Shown here: positions 24,133 to 37,704 of the stretch, in pieces
Position numbering within the stretch: the first letter of the stretch is position 1
How the letters are laid out: every line of letters begins with the position of its first letter
Assembly (NCBI GenBank): GCA_964016885.1
Contig: OZ024741.1
Span: 61,504,001-61,568,000 of the forward strand
Length of the DNA: 64,000 bases
Reading direction: 5' to 3'
Origin: Eledone cirrhosa
Taxonomy: Eukaryota
Notes under the pieces: model-generated
Told to the model about the DNA's origin: nothing
Databases searched by the model: none
The model's input: only the letters and a program-made list of their open reading frames with translations
Position numbers and translations under genes: made by a program

Positions 24133-27100
24133 TGCATGTAAACAAGACATGACTTCAGCATGTCTGGGAGGACACTGGCTCTGATTAAGCACTCACCTCA
24201 ACAGTGATGATCAGCCCAACCCAGACCAGCTTGGAAGAATAGATGTAAATGCTATTGATACAGGTAATGATGATGATGGTTCTATCAGACGTTGAGATCT
24301 CAAGAATGGAATATGTAATAATGTCATCGACATATTTTAAACTTTATTTATCATTATAAGATTCACAAGCATGGCTATGTAGTTAAGAAGTTCTGGGTGT
24401 GGCAGATTGGACAAGTATCTTCTTCAAAAGCCTGGTTGACTAATGCCTCGTGGGTGGAATTTGGTAGGTGAAGAATGGAGAATCCCATCAAGAGAGAGAG
24501 AGAGTGTGTGGGGGGGGGGTCTCTCTCTCTTTATTGGTTTGATAAAAAAAAATAGAGATAGATAAAATAAGTACCAGGCATAAAAAAAAGTACTGAGGTT
24601 GATATACTTGACTACAGCAAGGCAATGCCCCAGCATTGCTGCATTTTAATGACTGAAACCAGTAAAAGATTAATTTGCAAAAGAAACTGAACACAACCAA
24701 CAAGAATGCATCAAAAAGAGAAATGGACTCACTCATTCAATCACAGACTATAAAAAGGAACAGTGGCCTTTTCTTCTAAAACTCCCAAAACACTCATGGC
24801 TTTACTATGGATGATAGCATGTTTTGAGATGCTAGAACAGCTAGGCAAGCTTACATATATCACCTGATACTTTGGTAAGAAAAATCGACATTATCCTTTT
24901 AAAGCACACCATCCCTCCATTCTTTACAGTTCTTTGTCATCTTCTCTGTCTGATTCAGCAATTTAAGATCAACTCTCACAAATTCCACCAACAATAATTC
25001 AAGCTAGACCAGGGGGTTCTGAATGCAGGGTAGTGTATGCTCCATGAAGTAGGTAGAGATTTATCTAAACTTTATGTTAATACATGATAGCACTAACACA
25101 GCATGATTCAAGATAAGGTTGTATATGAATCTAATCTATATAAAATCATCATCATCATCATCGTTTAACGTCCATCTTCCAGGCTAGCATGGGTTTGGAG
25201 TAAAATATGTTTACATACAGTCTCATTGTGTGTATTTTAAGCTGTGATCATATTATGAGGAAATAAGTACTGACAAACTAAAATGATAATTTTAACCCTT
25301 TCATTTCGATATTTCTAATGAGAGACACTACATAAAATTTAAGAATAATTTTGAAAATATTCTAGAATTTGAAGGGACTTAGTAATATAACTACCTTTCT
25401 CTATATTAGCCTGGCACATAACTCTTAACATCCTGTAATTGGCTAATAGAAAATATCTAAAAATACGTTTGTTAATACAAACATTTATAGATCTTTGTGA
25501 ACATTTGAAGTATTAGAGTAAAACTAATCTTTAATGTGATGCTGTCATAGTTCTGTTTATACTTTTTCAGAATGCTTTGCAAATGAGGTTTCATGCAGTT
25601 AACAACATTTCTTATATACAATTATATTGGAAAGTTTTCAATAAATATAAGCAATTTAAAGTCAACAGCTCAGTATTATCCAATGAGGGGTGATGTGAGG
25701 TGATTTGGTATGAAATGGATTAAAAGATGATAGAATATGGTAAACCTCATTGATGAGGGATACAATTTATGAATCCAGAAATTCTGACAGGATTGCTAGC
25801 AGGGAAAACAGACATTAAATGACAATGATGATTAATAAATAGTGGAAAATAAGAAATGAAAGAAGGATTCTGGATATATGTATTGCAAATATTCGAGAAA
25901 TCTAATTGAAATATTTTGGGTCAGATGGCAGATTTTTTTTTCATGTGAATATAGAAGACTACAGGAGACTACTGTGAATAGGAACAAAATTATAGCAGAA
26001 AGATTTATCACTTTAGATAGATGTGAAAAAATTTGAAGGTGGATGAATTCTAATATTTTTGCAGTAAAGGAGATTTAAAGAGAGAGAAAAATAGGTATGA
26101 CTGGAGGCATATATTCCCAGATTAGATACTCAATAAACACTCTGTTAGGAATTTTTTTTTTCTATCAGATTGCAGGCACAATTGTTAAGAAGTTTGTATT
26201 GCAACTAAGTGGATCCTGCTATATGACACCTACTATAGTCACAATCCAACCATGGCCTAGTGTTTAAGGTGTCTGACACAATCATAAGGTCACGGGTTCA
26301 ATTCTTGGAGTGGGCAGCGCATTGTTTTTGAGAGAGACATGACTACAGCTTTGTCAGTGGCCAGCTTAACCTACATAGTGTGAGCTGTCTTTTCATGATA
26401 AGACTTTACTATTGCATATTTCCACATCACTCTGGTTAATTAACAAATATTAAACCCCATTAGTAACGCATTTTTGAAAAATACAAATCAACATTATCAT
26501 TGCATCACATTAAATATTTAAGTCTTTAATATTGAAAATATTCACAATGATCTGTCCACTAATAAAGATACCTAAACATTTGAATTAACAAACATAAAAG
26601 CACATTAGCAAGACATGTCCTACAGTTATAACAGGTAGCAATGAGTCAAATGTTGTATCCATTAAAGATGTTTCCTAACAGATAATGGAAGTCTATCTAT
26701 CTAAAGAAGTTTTTCTCACATGAAGGAAGTAATTCAATTAATTTTACTCAAGGAGAAAATAATAAATACCACAATATAATTATCCCATTATATGTATAAT
26801 AAGAAACGAACAAACAAGCAAACATAACACTAGTATTAAATTTATAAATATTTATTACGCAGAATATATCAACAAGATTTAAATGTAAAAAAAACAAAAA
26901 ACATGAATAAACTTTAAAATGAAGTTGAATTATTATCATCCTTTTTATTTTATTTATTTATTTTTTGTATTAATTCCTATCTAATATGGTAAAAAAAATG
27001 TTTTTGACTGAATTTACTATCTTGGAATCCATTAGCAGTAGAGTGAAAAGAAGCAAAGAAATCGATATTCTATAACACTCTTCCCAAACTTTCTTTAGAG

Positions 27101-27389
27101 AATTTATGGACAAAATTTCCTATTCTGCTTTATCAAAATCCAGAAGAATATTTGTGTCTAAACTCTGCCAAAATTTTTCAATATTTTTGAAGAATATCAT
27201 CCATGACTTTGAATTAAAATGAAACGAATTGGAAAAAAAAGTAAATAAATCAATGAATATTTTCCTCGTAAACGCATGAGATATTAGACGGAGCGGAACA
27301 AATAATTACTTGGTAGACTGCAAGAAATATTTCTATTAGAAAGTTTGCAGCATTAAAAGAAGAACAAGAATGATACTAAACAACGTTCA

Positions 27390-27620
27390 AGTGTTCAATA
27401 TGGTTGCCAGCAAGTGCAGTTGAACAGGAAACAAATCCAGCAGAGTGGAAAAAAATTCATGCTTCATTTGAGAAGTAATTGACTGACCAATGCTCACTTA
27501 AATGAGCTGGCTACACTAACCTCATCAATCATAGAAAAACGTGTGAGTATGAAAATAGATCATCAAATTTAAGTAGCAACTCTTTGGTGATAAGAAGAAG
27601 ATGCCGAAGAAGAACTTACA
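27390..27620 (+). pseudogene. Degenerate hAT transposase C-terminal dimerisation region
   Basis: One frame reads LHLRSN*LTNAHLNELATLTSSIIEKRVSMKIDHQI, resembling the hAT LRSxMxxxRLNxLAxLxIE motif; many stops. Confidence 0.45.
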
Positions 27621-28479
27621 GTTGATTTGAGCAGTTAGGTCACGGAAGCTGATCTTTCAGACAAGTTAAAGGCAAGTAATATACAGATTGTAACATTACA
27701 ATATCATGAAACATTATTCTCAATATCTTGGTCACTGTCCAAAAATTACTGATCACACATACACAGAGAGAAATAACTTATTTTATTCAAGCATTTCATT
27801 ATAAAACTAACTTTGCTTTTTAGTTTGTCTGTGAAAAAGGTTTCAGACATATAGGTAATATTTTTGTGACTATATTTCTAATAAAACAAAGTCCCTATGT
27901 GTTTCATTCAACAATTAAAATCCTGTCATGATTTAAAAGCAGATATTTTGACATGGATTTACTAATTCAAGTATTTATAGTATCTTTACCAATGGATGGA
28001 TCATTGTAAAAATATGCAGTAAACTAAAATAAAGACTTTAATGTGATGCAGTTACTGTACTGTTTGGTTATTTTCAAGAATGTCTTGCTAATGCAGTTTC
28101 ATGTGTTACAAGGCATTAAGAATTAATATAACTCCTTTAATACCAAATTGCCCTTGGTTCTATAATACAAAACTTTTTATTTTAAAGTATTTATATTAAA
28201 ACATTACATCATAATTTTACATAGGATCTTTGTGAATTTTTGCTCTAAACATCAGATTAATGATAAGAAATTTAGTTATATTACTAAATTCCTCACAATT
28301 TTCAAAACTAATTGAAATCATAAATTTCTTTCATTAGAAATATGGTTATGAAAGAGTTTAAATAAGCAAAACTTTTGAGGGCTTTAGTAAAGTAATTAAA
28401 TAAATAGACCAATACCCAACAAAAAATGATGACTAATTAAAGGGCCAGACTTTTCCATTTAAGTGTCACAAATAAAACC

Positions 28480-29560
28480 AAAAAGACAAACAGACATAAG
28501 AGGAATATGTTTTGATTTTATATGTATATCTTAGAGCAACATTCTACCACAAAACGAAAATATGGCAGTGTGTTAGTAAAAAATTTGGAGGGAAAACAAC
28601 CCATACCCAAGTATAATGCTAAACCCAAACAAAATAGCTAACCTAACAAGATATATCTTAAAAATGGAAAAAAATATCAGAAATTGAAATGGAAAGTTCG
28701 AAAGAAAGCATTCATCATGAAAACACAAATAATGGATATAAAACAACTAATGGAAATAGAAATATTGAGATAAATGAAGATAGAACTAACATATCAAAAA
28801 TAGAATAGGTAAATAATAAAATGCAAAATCTAAAAACATACAATATACTGACCAACAAAAATCATACCAAAACATAGAAAATATAATTACAATGAAAGGG
28901 AATTTGAAGAAGATTTAAGAAAAGACAACTCTAAAAATGGAGTTCAGGACAACAATATGATAGAGATGGAAATAATCCAAGAACTTCAAACAATAGAAAC
29001 TCTCCCTATGGACTACAGAATATGTCTCCCAAATGTAAAACACCAGGATAAAACTGCAGCAACAGTAAAAAAAAAAAAAATGCCAACCTAGCCACTACAA
29101 ACTTAATTAAAACAGAAACATTGGTATCACAAGACTAAAGGATATAATATATGCAACAGCCAAAGAAGTTACAAGAGGAAATGGGAGTCCCCTTAGATCT
29201 ACATAGATAGGAACATGATAAATATACAGAAAAAATAGAAAATAAGAGAAATGAGTTTTCAATCTTAAATGAAATCAGTAACAAAACAACAAAACTGAGA
29301 AAAGGGAAAGAAATACAATTATTGTAACAATACAACGTAAAAAAATAAGGAAAAACCCTGAAACCAAAGAACACCTACAACAAGAGATCCTTGTCAAAGT
29401 ACAAAGAAGCTGTTGGGGTGATAGCAACTTTTTTAACAAAATAAATGGAGAAATTTTAAGATCAAGAAACAGATAACAAAAATGTAGGCAATGAAAACAA
29501 ACAATCCCTATAATATTAATAGGTGCTCTGAAAATGATAAAAGAAATACACAGAAACTAC
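28480..29560 (+). mobile_element. Degenerate N-terminal part of an R4/Dong-like LINE ORF
   Basis: Strongly A-rich, with broken frames such as ETLPMDYRICLPNVK and IIYATAK reminiscent of RLE LINE N-termini. Confidence 0.4.
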
Positions 29561-29800
29561 ATGACTTATTTATTTATAACATAAATAAGCACTAACATAA
29601 CTACAAGCCACTGCATACATATTATGCAAAATACTTTTAATACAATAGAAACAATAACACAAAAACATAATGCTCCACGTAGTAAATAAACACATAGCTG
29701 TGCTCGGTACTGCAGTAGCAGCATGTATTAATAATAAAGCCACATAGTAAATAAACACATAGCTGTGCTCGGTAGTGCAGTAGCAGCATGTATTAATAAT

Positions 29801-29969
29801 TGTTTCTACTTTTGGCACAAGGTCAGCAATTACCCAGTACATTACTGGTACTTTATTTTATCGACCCCGTAAGGATGAAAGGCAAAGTTAACCTCGGCAG
29901 GATTTGAACTCAGACCATAAAGGGCCATAACTCTTTGCTGCAAAGCATGGCATCTGACCCTCTACCGAC
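29801..29969 (-). mobile_element. Deu/Nin SINE flanked by a 40-bp direct repeat
   Basis: SINE core and tail; identical agctgtgctcggtagtgcagtagcagcatgtattaataat at 29761-29800 and 29970-30009. Confidence 0.88.
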
Positions 29970-30039
29970 AGCTGTGCTCGGTAGTGCAGTAGCAGCATGT
30001 ATTAATAATGGAGCCACTGTGGGATAAAAAATAATAATG

Positions 30040-30470
30040 ACTTTGTGAGGCGGGGAGGTTTAGTTGGTTAAATTGATCCCAGTAATTGACTGGTACATTA
30101 TTTTATCAACCCCAAAAGGATGAAAGGCAAAGTTGACCTCAGGAGGGTTGAACATATAACATAAACAGCTATAACTAAATACTGCAAGACATTTTGTTTG
30201 CTGATGTAATAATTCGCTAATCCCTGACCCTTCAACAAATGAACCACCTTTTGCTAATCTACTTCTCTTCAAATAGTCCACCACCCTTTGCCAAAATATC
30301 TTGCATAGGCACAAGGCTTCAAATATTGGTGAAGGATGCAATTGATTATATTAAAGCCAGTACTTCACTGGTTCTTTATTTTTGTCGACTCTGAAAGGAT
30401 GAAAGGCAAAGTTGACATCAGTGGGGTTGGAACTCAGAAAAGTGAGCAGAAAAAATATTGCAAATATTCT
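30040..30470 (-). mobile_element. Two older Deu/Nin SINE copies
   Basis: aaaggatgaaaggcaaagttgac cores at ~30115 and ~30395. Confidence 0.75.
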
Positions 30471-30817
30471 AGTGAGAGAAGGGAAACACACACACACAAA
30501 CACACATTTATAAGTATATGTAGATGTATATCGTAAGAAAATGATTATATTTATTGACATATAAATCAATGTATTATATGTATAGCTACATAAGAAATAT
30601 ATGTGTGTAAATATATATATATATATACACACGTGTTTTTGTGAGAGTTGTTATATATTTGTAATGCACTGGGTAATTGCTGGCCTTGTGCCTAAAGTAG
30701 AAACAATTATATGTATAGCTACATAAGAAATATATGTGTGTAAATATATATATACACACATTTATGTGTTTTTGTGAGAGTTGTTATATATTTGTATATC
30801 CATATCTGCCTGTCTGT

Positions 30818-30858
<41 letters not shown>

Positions 30859-31399
30859 TATTATTTCTTTGTAGCAACTAATTAACATTGACAAATTGCT
30901 TGCAGGGACCCCTTTAACTAAACTAACTTCTCTCTTCCTTATCAGCACTGTTTCAGTGACATGACCTTTACATCCCAACAATTAAACTGGAGAAATGGAA
31001 AGAATAGGGCAATGATCTTTCCGTTATTTTGGTCTTCCGTTATGAAGAACTTCAGTGAGGCTTCTGACAATGTCAACCGAGGAAACTTTCTGACAACAGT
31101 TATTGGCCACCTGACAAAATATTTTCTCATCATTTTGAAATTCTGAAATCTGGTGATGTGGATATAAAATATAATTTGGATACTAGTATCTGATACTGGG
31201 TGAGAGCTGATGGGACCTGGCATGATGTGATGTTGGCTGGTGTATGGTTGTGTGTAGGTGTGAGCTGGTGAAAAATGTGTGAGCTCGTGTGGACTGGTGG
31301 ATATAGAAAGAGCTGGTGTTTTTAAGCCTGGTACTTATATTCTTGATCTCTGTTTGCCAAAATGCTATGTTACAGGACATTAAACAGAGGCATAAACCT

Positions 31400-31575
31400 C
31401 ACACACACATATACACAATGAGCTTCTGCAGTTTCTGTCTACCAAATTCCACTCACAAAGCGTTGGCCAATCTGAGGCTATTGTAGAAGACACAGGCTTA
31501 AGGTGCTGCAGAGTGGGACTGGACCTAGAACCACAAGGTTGTGAACTGAACTCCTTAACCACACAGCCATGCCTA
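31400..31575 (-). mobile_element. tRNA-derived SINE (third family)
   Basis: Minus strand ggcatggctgtgtggttaagg...gtgtcttctacaatagcc...gtgagtggaatttggtagacagaaactg; degenerate relatives at ~4490-4700, 24365-24670 and 32090-32235. Confidence 0.7.
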
Positions 31576-31951
31576 TTTATAATATGATTAAATGTATACG
31601 TTAGTCTGGAATCAAATATTAAATTTTAGTTCCCACAAATTCTCTCTACACATATATACGCTATTGATTCAGTTCTTTTTCTAGACTGTTCTAGAGAAAA
31701 CATGATAGATGACCAATTATTTGCAGCATCTCCCTCACGTCTGGACAATTGAAGGCAACAACACAAATATATTTATAATTGGAAATCAAACAGGGAATTG
31801 TAAAAATATTTTTTCAAATGACACAAAAATAATACTTATTTGTCATCACAGATATATTATATCAGATGTTGGAAGATGTATGAGTGTGTATGTGTACGTT
31901 CATATATATATATATTTACACATACATATATATACATATATATCAACACAC

Positions 31952-32003
<52 letters not shown>

Positions 32004-32313
32004 ATGTGTGTGTATGTAAATACATATATGTGTGTCTATGCATTTGTGTATATATATATACATGTATATTTATATATATAAACAAATAAATATAGCTGAC
32101 AGAGTAGCAAAGAAGTTCACTGTAGACTCATGATCTCAGGTTCAGTTCCACTGTGTGGAACCTTGGCCCAGTTCCTTCTACTCACTAATGCTTTGTGAGT
32201 AAATTGGACCCAGAGAAACTACCAGGAAGTCATTGTTTTACTTGCAGCATTCCATGCTGAAGTGGGTTAGACTGAGATTTTGTGGCAAGTTATTTAATAA
32301 GGTTGGACATATA

Positions 32314-32389
32314 CAGAGTGTCCAAAAAAATGTATACACACTTTTATTAGAATGCTGTTGAAGTATGTATACATTTTTTGGATACCCTA
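32314..32389. mobile_element. Tc1/mariner-type mini-MITE (76 bp)
   Basis: TA|cagagtgtccaaaaaaatgtatac ... gtatacattttttggatacccta|TA. Confidence 0.78.
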
Positions 32390-32859
32390 TATATATATGT
32401 ATGTATGTATGTATGTATATCAGAGAGAGAGAGAGAAAAGGAACAAAAAGAAAGAAGCAAAAGACCTGCATATAAAAAAATTAATTAAGGCCTTAGATAT
32501 CCTCCCCATTTCACCCTAGAAGCTACACTCTCAACTCATTGTTCATCCACACTACCCCCTCACCCCCCTCTCCTATTTCTCCCCCATGACTTCCCACTCT
32601 ATCATAAACATCCCCTCTCCACACACACTAACCAACTACCCTTACACCTTATTCATCAGATACCCATCATATACTCCCTACCCCCACCATACTGACCACA
32701 TACTTCACACCACTACATACCTATACACTAATCAGCCACCCCTTTTACTCATTACTCTGCTAAATCCCTACAAACACCTATAATTTCATACCAATCTCCC
32801 TCACCTAGTGCCCTCTTCCCAGAGCTGAGAAGGCTCTACAGTTGGATCTATGACCAACA

Positions 32860-33285
32860 ACCTCTCTAGTGATGGTGTCACAAAAATGCAACAAGTACAC
32901 TCTGTATGGGTGGATGGCGACAGATAGGGCACCCCACTGTAGAAACCATGCTTAAGAGGGTTAAGAGGATACTTTAGTTGTGTCAAAGACACAACAACCT
33001 CTCTAGTGTTGGTGATCTACACAATAAATGTACTTACTACATGCAGTAAAGTGGTTGGTCATAGGAAGGGCATCCAGCATAGAAAACCTGCCAAACAAAT
33101 GGTTGGGAGCACTCTTTAATTGTGTCAAGGATATGACAGCCTCACCAGTGCTGGTGATCTATACACTAAAGGTACCCAGTACACGCTGTAAAGTGGTTGG
33201 TGTTAGGAAGGGCATCAGCCATAGAAAGCTTACCAAATAAAGGGTTGGGAGGACCTTCAGTTATGTCAAAAGATATGACCATTTC
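32860..33285 (+). repeat. Three tandem ~140-bp units built on the RTE-tail module
   Basis: ctc(t/a)c(t/c)agtg.tggtg starts at ~32862, 33000 and 33142; each contains a gtgg.tgg...agggca.cc motif; relative at ~61210-61410. Confidence 0.7.
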
Positions 33286-33554
33286 ATACACACACATATA
33301 TATATGGCAGGCAAAAATGGATGTTTGATGATGATATGAATATCTGTGTGCATGTGTGCCCCAGAGTATATATGAGTGGGTAGAGCCAGTTCCAGAATAA
33401 AATGCACCCAGTACACTCTGTAAAGTGGTTGGCATTAGGAAGGGCATCCAGCTGTAGAAGCTAGGTCAAAATATGGAATGCATGAGCAAAGCTTTGTTCT
33501 CTAGTCCATCTAGTCTCAGATGGTCCAACACATGCCTGCTTAGAAAACAGGTAT

Positions 33555-33950
33555 AAAATGATGATAATGACAGTGATAAAGATGATCTTGATGATGAGGA
33601 TAATGACGTTAATGATGAAGTTGATGGTGATGATGACAAGGATGATGGTTACAATGATGATCATAGCAATGAAATGATGATGAATTAATGATGATGATGA
33701 CTGAATGGTGATGATGGCTTAATGATGATGATGGCTTAATGATGATGAGGGCTTAATGATGATGAGGGCTTAATGATGATGAGAGCTTAATGATGATGAG
33801 GGCTTAATGATGATGATGACACAATGATGATGATGACAATGATGATGATGGCTTAATGATGATGATGGCTTAATGATGATGAGGGCTTAATGATGATGAT
33901 GACAATGATGATGATGGCTTAATGATGATGATGACTTAATGATGAAAGTA
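33555..33950. repeat. (GAT)n tract grading into a 17-bp minisatellite
   Basis: ggcttaatgatgatga(g/t) repeated about 10 times. Confidence 0.85.
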
Positions 33951-34224
33951 ATGAATCAGATTCTACTTATAGGTTATTTATTAATAGTCCAAATTATTTA
34001 ACATATTTTTTCATACCAATGCCTTTAATGGACTTAAGCCTGAAAAGTTTATCCAAGATGAGATGATTTAAAAAAACAAATTATGTAGGGTTGTTTTATA
34101 CTAACATGTTTATATGTACAGAACTTTCTTCGTTTCACTTATTACATTTTTCACTTTAAAATTTAAGTAATATCAAAAAGAGGAACGAAGAAAATCAGTA
34201 AAAATAGTTTTGAGTTAGGAGTGG

Positions 34225-34273
<49 letters not shown>

Positions 34274-34352
34274 GCGTGTGTGTATATATATATATAAATA
34301 CATTTTATTTATATAAATATATATATCTATATATATATACACACACACGCAT

Positions 34353-34395
<43 letters not shown>

Positions 34396-34536
34396 AGAGT
34401 TAAACAAGATTCAATGAATACATCAAAGAATGAGTTTTACAATAGATTGGAAGCACTCTACAAGAAATGTTTTCCAGAGTTATTAATATTAATTCAAAAT
34501 ATTAACAAAATAGATATTCTTGTGATCAATTATGTT

Positions 34537-34595
34537 TTATTATACATATTTCAGAGGTACTGAATTAAGTTCAACAGTACGACCTCATCAGATAA
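34537..34595 (-). ncRNA. Degenerate minimal hammerhead motif in a probable Penelope-like pLTR remnant (~34393-34800)
   Basis: Minus strand ttat CTGATGA ggtc-gtactg...cagtac-ctct GAAA tatgta TA ataa; stem II has mismatches. Confidence 0.55.
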
Positions 34596-36193
34596 GATAA
34601 AATGATATGATGACATACCCTGACATGGTAGATGGTTAAGATTTAATCAAGGTAGTGATTAACTTATGACAAAACTCAATATTTATACCCTAATATTGAG
34701 AACATGAGATAACGTAATACAAACAATATAGAGGGTCGAGTAATATATTTTAAGAAATACATGGCATCAATATAACAGTTATAACATTTTTTTATTTTTA
34801 AAAACTACTAGAGAAAGAGGAGGGAAAGGAAAACATAGAGGAAGAAACAGCTGATGTGATGACATTTAGTATTTGGCTTGAGAAGACAGATGAAAGATGA
34901 TTAAAGAGAGAGAGAGAGACAAAAGGGGAGTAATTTATGTTCAAGTTTCTATACACACAGATTTCTATATAATATAGTTGGCAGTTAATTTTCAAAATAT
35001 TTAATTTATGTTATTTCAGGGTAAAGAATCATATTTTAGGTTTTAAAAGATATTTGTATTAATATTATAATATAATTATTTTAAATTTCTAAAATTCAAA
35101 TTTAATGAAAACAAATTTAAAGGATTTATGAAACACGAGAAAGAAAATATATATATATAATGTTTTATATCCCCACGAAGGTAATCTTTACCAAAATTAC
35201 TTATAATATTGACAACAGCTTCTATAATATAATTTATAATAATTAAAGAATTTATTGTTAAATAGTTTGAGTACCTAAAGTATCAAGCAGCCTTATAATT
35301 AAACTTAAAGAAGTCAGAATTTTCAACTGTATTGATCATAATAGTTTATTATTTGTTCATAGTTGAGGTGATACCTTTCAAATATAAATAATATATTATT
35401 ATATTACAATGTTGTAGTATAGTAAATAATTTCCTGAAGATATTGCTCAAAATATATACAGTTAAAATATTGTTAAAGAATTAATGTTTTATATCAATTA
35501 TTTTCATTTAGTTAATATATACTATAAAGATATAAGTCAAAACTATATGAGTCCTAATAAGTAAATATAACAATAAAAGAAAATGAATTATTTGTGAAAT
35601 TTAAAGATGCCCAAAATTAGAAATAAATGCAATATGGTTTTAATAAAGTATAGAAAAGATATCTCTAAAATAATTTAGTGAATGTGATATAAAGAAGCGC
35701 TGAATATTTGAAAAAAGCTGAAGGTAATCTAAATTTAATTAAAATAAATTAAAACAAAATAAGTTAAGTTAAATTATATAATATTATTTTATATTGTATT
35801 AAGTAAATGATTATATAAGTTTGATCTTCCAGGGAAAACCAAACACTTATAATAATATATAATGTCATTTGATTGTCTAAATTATTTATAAATGTAACTA
35901 CGATTATGTTATTACACTAGATAAAGATATTTGTACAACTATATATAGATATAATTATAGGTATTAATGAAACGGTATACATTTAATAAAAAATAAAAAT
36001 TATAATCATTTTTAGTAATGCTATAATTGTAGTTTTACCTCCAGTTCAGTGGAGAGATAGACCAATATTTGTCAGCTATTATGGTTTGTTAAATTTATAC
36101 CTACATATACATAAAAAAACAGGTGCAAATCCAACATTCTGAGTCACCAAAAACATACTCAAAGTGAGTAAAATATATATATATATATATATA

Positions 36194-36642
36194 TCATCAT
36201 CATCATCATCATCATCACCGTTTTACGTCCGTTCTTCCACGCTAGCATGGGTTAGACGGGTTGTCCTGTTGTGGGCAGTGTCTGGTCGGCTGACCATGCC
36301 TTGCTCATACAGGAACTGATCTGGCTTGATTTCTACAGCTGGATGCCCTTCCTAACACCAACCTCATTTACAGTGAGTGCTGGGTGCTTTTTCGTGGCGC
36401 CTACACATCCACTTTACAGTGTGGGCTGGGTGCTTTTTTGCCGTGGCACCTCCACGACCACCTTGCGGTGGGGGCAGTGGGGGCATATTGTTTATATGCT
36501 TCAGCATGTACCCATGGGAGGTCGGGTACCCTGTATTACTGCGGGACGCCAGAAGTCACGGTCGTGTGTCATTGACTTTGAGAGGTGTAGTTGGGTAAGG
36601 TCGGCTTTTATCACCTCATCCCAAGTCATCTTGGGTCTCCCC
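36194..36642 (-). mobile_element. RTE LINE 3' end
   Basis: Minus strand GRPKMTWDEVIKADL-like coding end, 48-bp units, cgctagcatggg stem, (CAT)n. Confidence 0.82.
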
Positions 36643-37026
36643 ATATATAATATGCAAACACATGAATGATCCACAGTTCAAATTATAATCAGCAAATTTA
36701 CAGGTTAGATATCCAAACTATATATTTAAAACAGAGACAGATAAATAAAGATCTGAATCAAAGTTATAAATATCCAAAAAATCATAGGGTAAACAAGTTA
36801 TCAAACAAGTGTCCTTCATTCAAACATTAATTCTATTATAAATGATTAGAAGATAAAGCATTATTAAAGTTTTATAAACCGTTATGACTTATATGTTCAA
36901 CAGTGTATATATGTGTATATATATGTATATATATAAAATATGTGTGTATATATATATATATATAAATTGTGTATATATATATATGTATATAAAATGTGTA
37001 TATATATATATATGTATATAAAATGT

Positions 37027-37680
37027 GTCATTTTTTCATTTCATTTCATTTTACGTCCGCTTTTTCCCTGCTTGCAAGCGTGGGACGGGAACTGATTCTG
37101 GCTTGATTTCTACAGCTGGATGCCCTTCTTAACACCAACCTCATTTACAGTGAGTGCTGGGTGCTTTTTTGCCATGGCACCTCCACGACCACTTTGCAGT
37201 GGAATGATAGGGACTGCGGTACCTATCATCTCATTTCTACAGCTGAGTAAACTGGAGCAATGTGAAATAAAGTGTCTTGCTCAAGGAAACAACACATCAC
37301 CCGGTCTGAGAATTGAACTCACAACCTTTCGATTGCAAGGCCAATGCTCTAACCACTAAGCCATGTGCTTCGTGTATATATATATATATATACACACATT
37401 TTATATACATATATATATATACACATTTTATATATATACACAATTTATATATATATCATCATCATCATTTCATTTTACGTCCGCTTTTCCCTGCTTGCAA
37501 GGGTGGGACGGGAACTGATTCTGGCTTGATTTCTACAGCTGGATGCCCTTCCTAACACCAACCTCATTTACAGTGAGTGCTGGGTGCTTTTTTGCCGTGG
37601 CACCTACACGACCACTTTGCAGTGGAATGATATGGACCCCAGTCCTATCATCTCATTTCTACAGCTGAGTAAACTGAGTA
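37027..37680 (-). mobile_element. Two tandem CORE-like/RTE-tail SINEs (one full-length, one 5'-truncated)
   Basis: Near-identical to the reverse complement of 51432-51777; copies ~37027-37372 and ~37456-37680. Confidence 0.88.
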
Positions 37681-37704
37681 AAATATATATATATATATAT
37701 ATAT

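Noticed and set aside
35433-35462. CTGAAGA...AAAATATATACAG hammerhead-like string
   Set aside because: No GAAA box, no stem II and no stem I pairing
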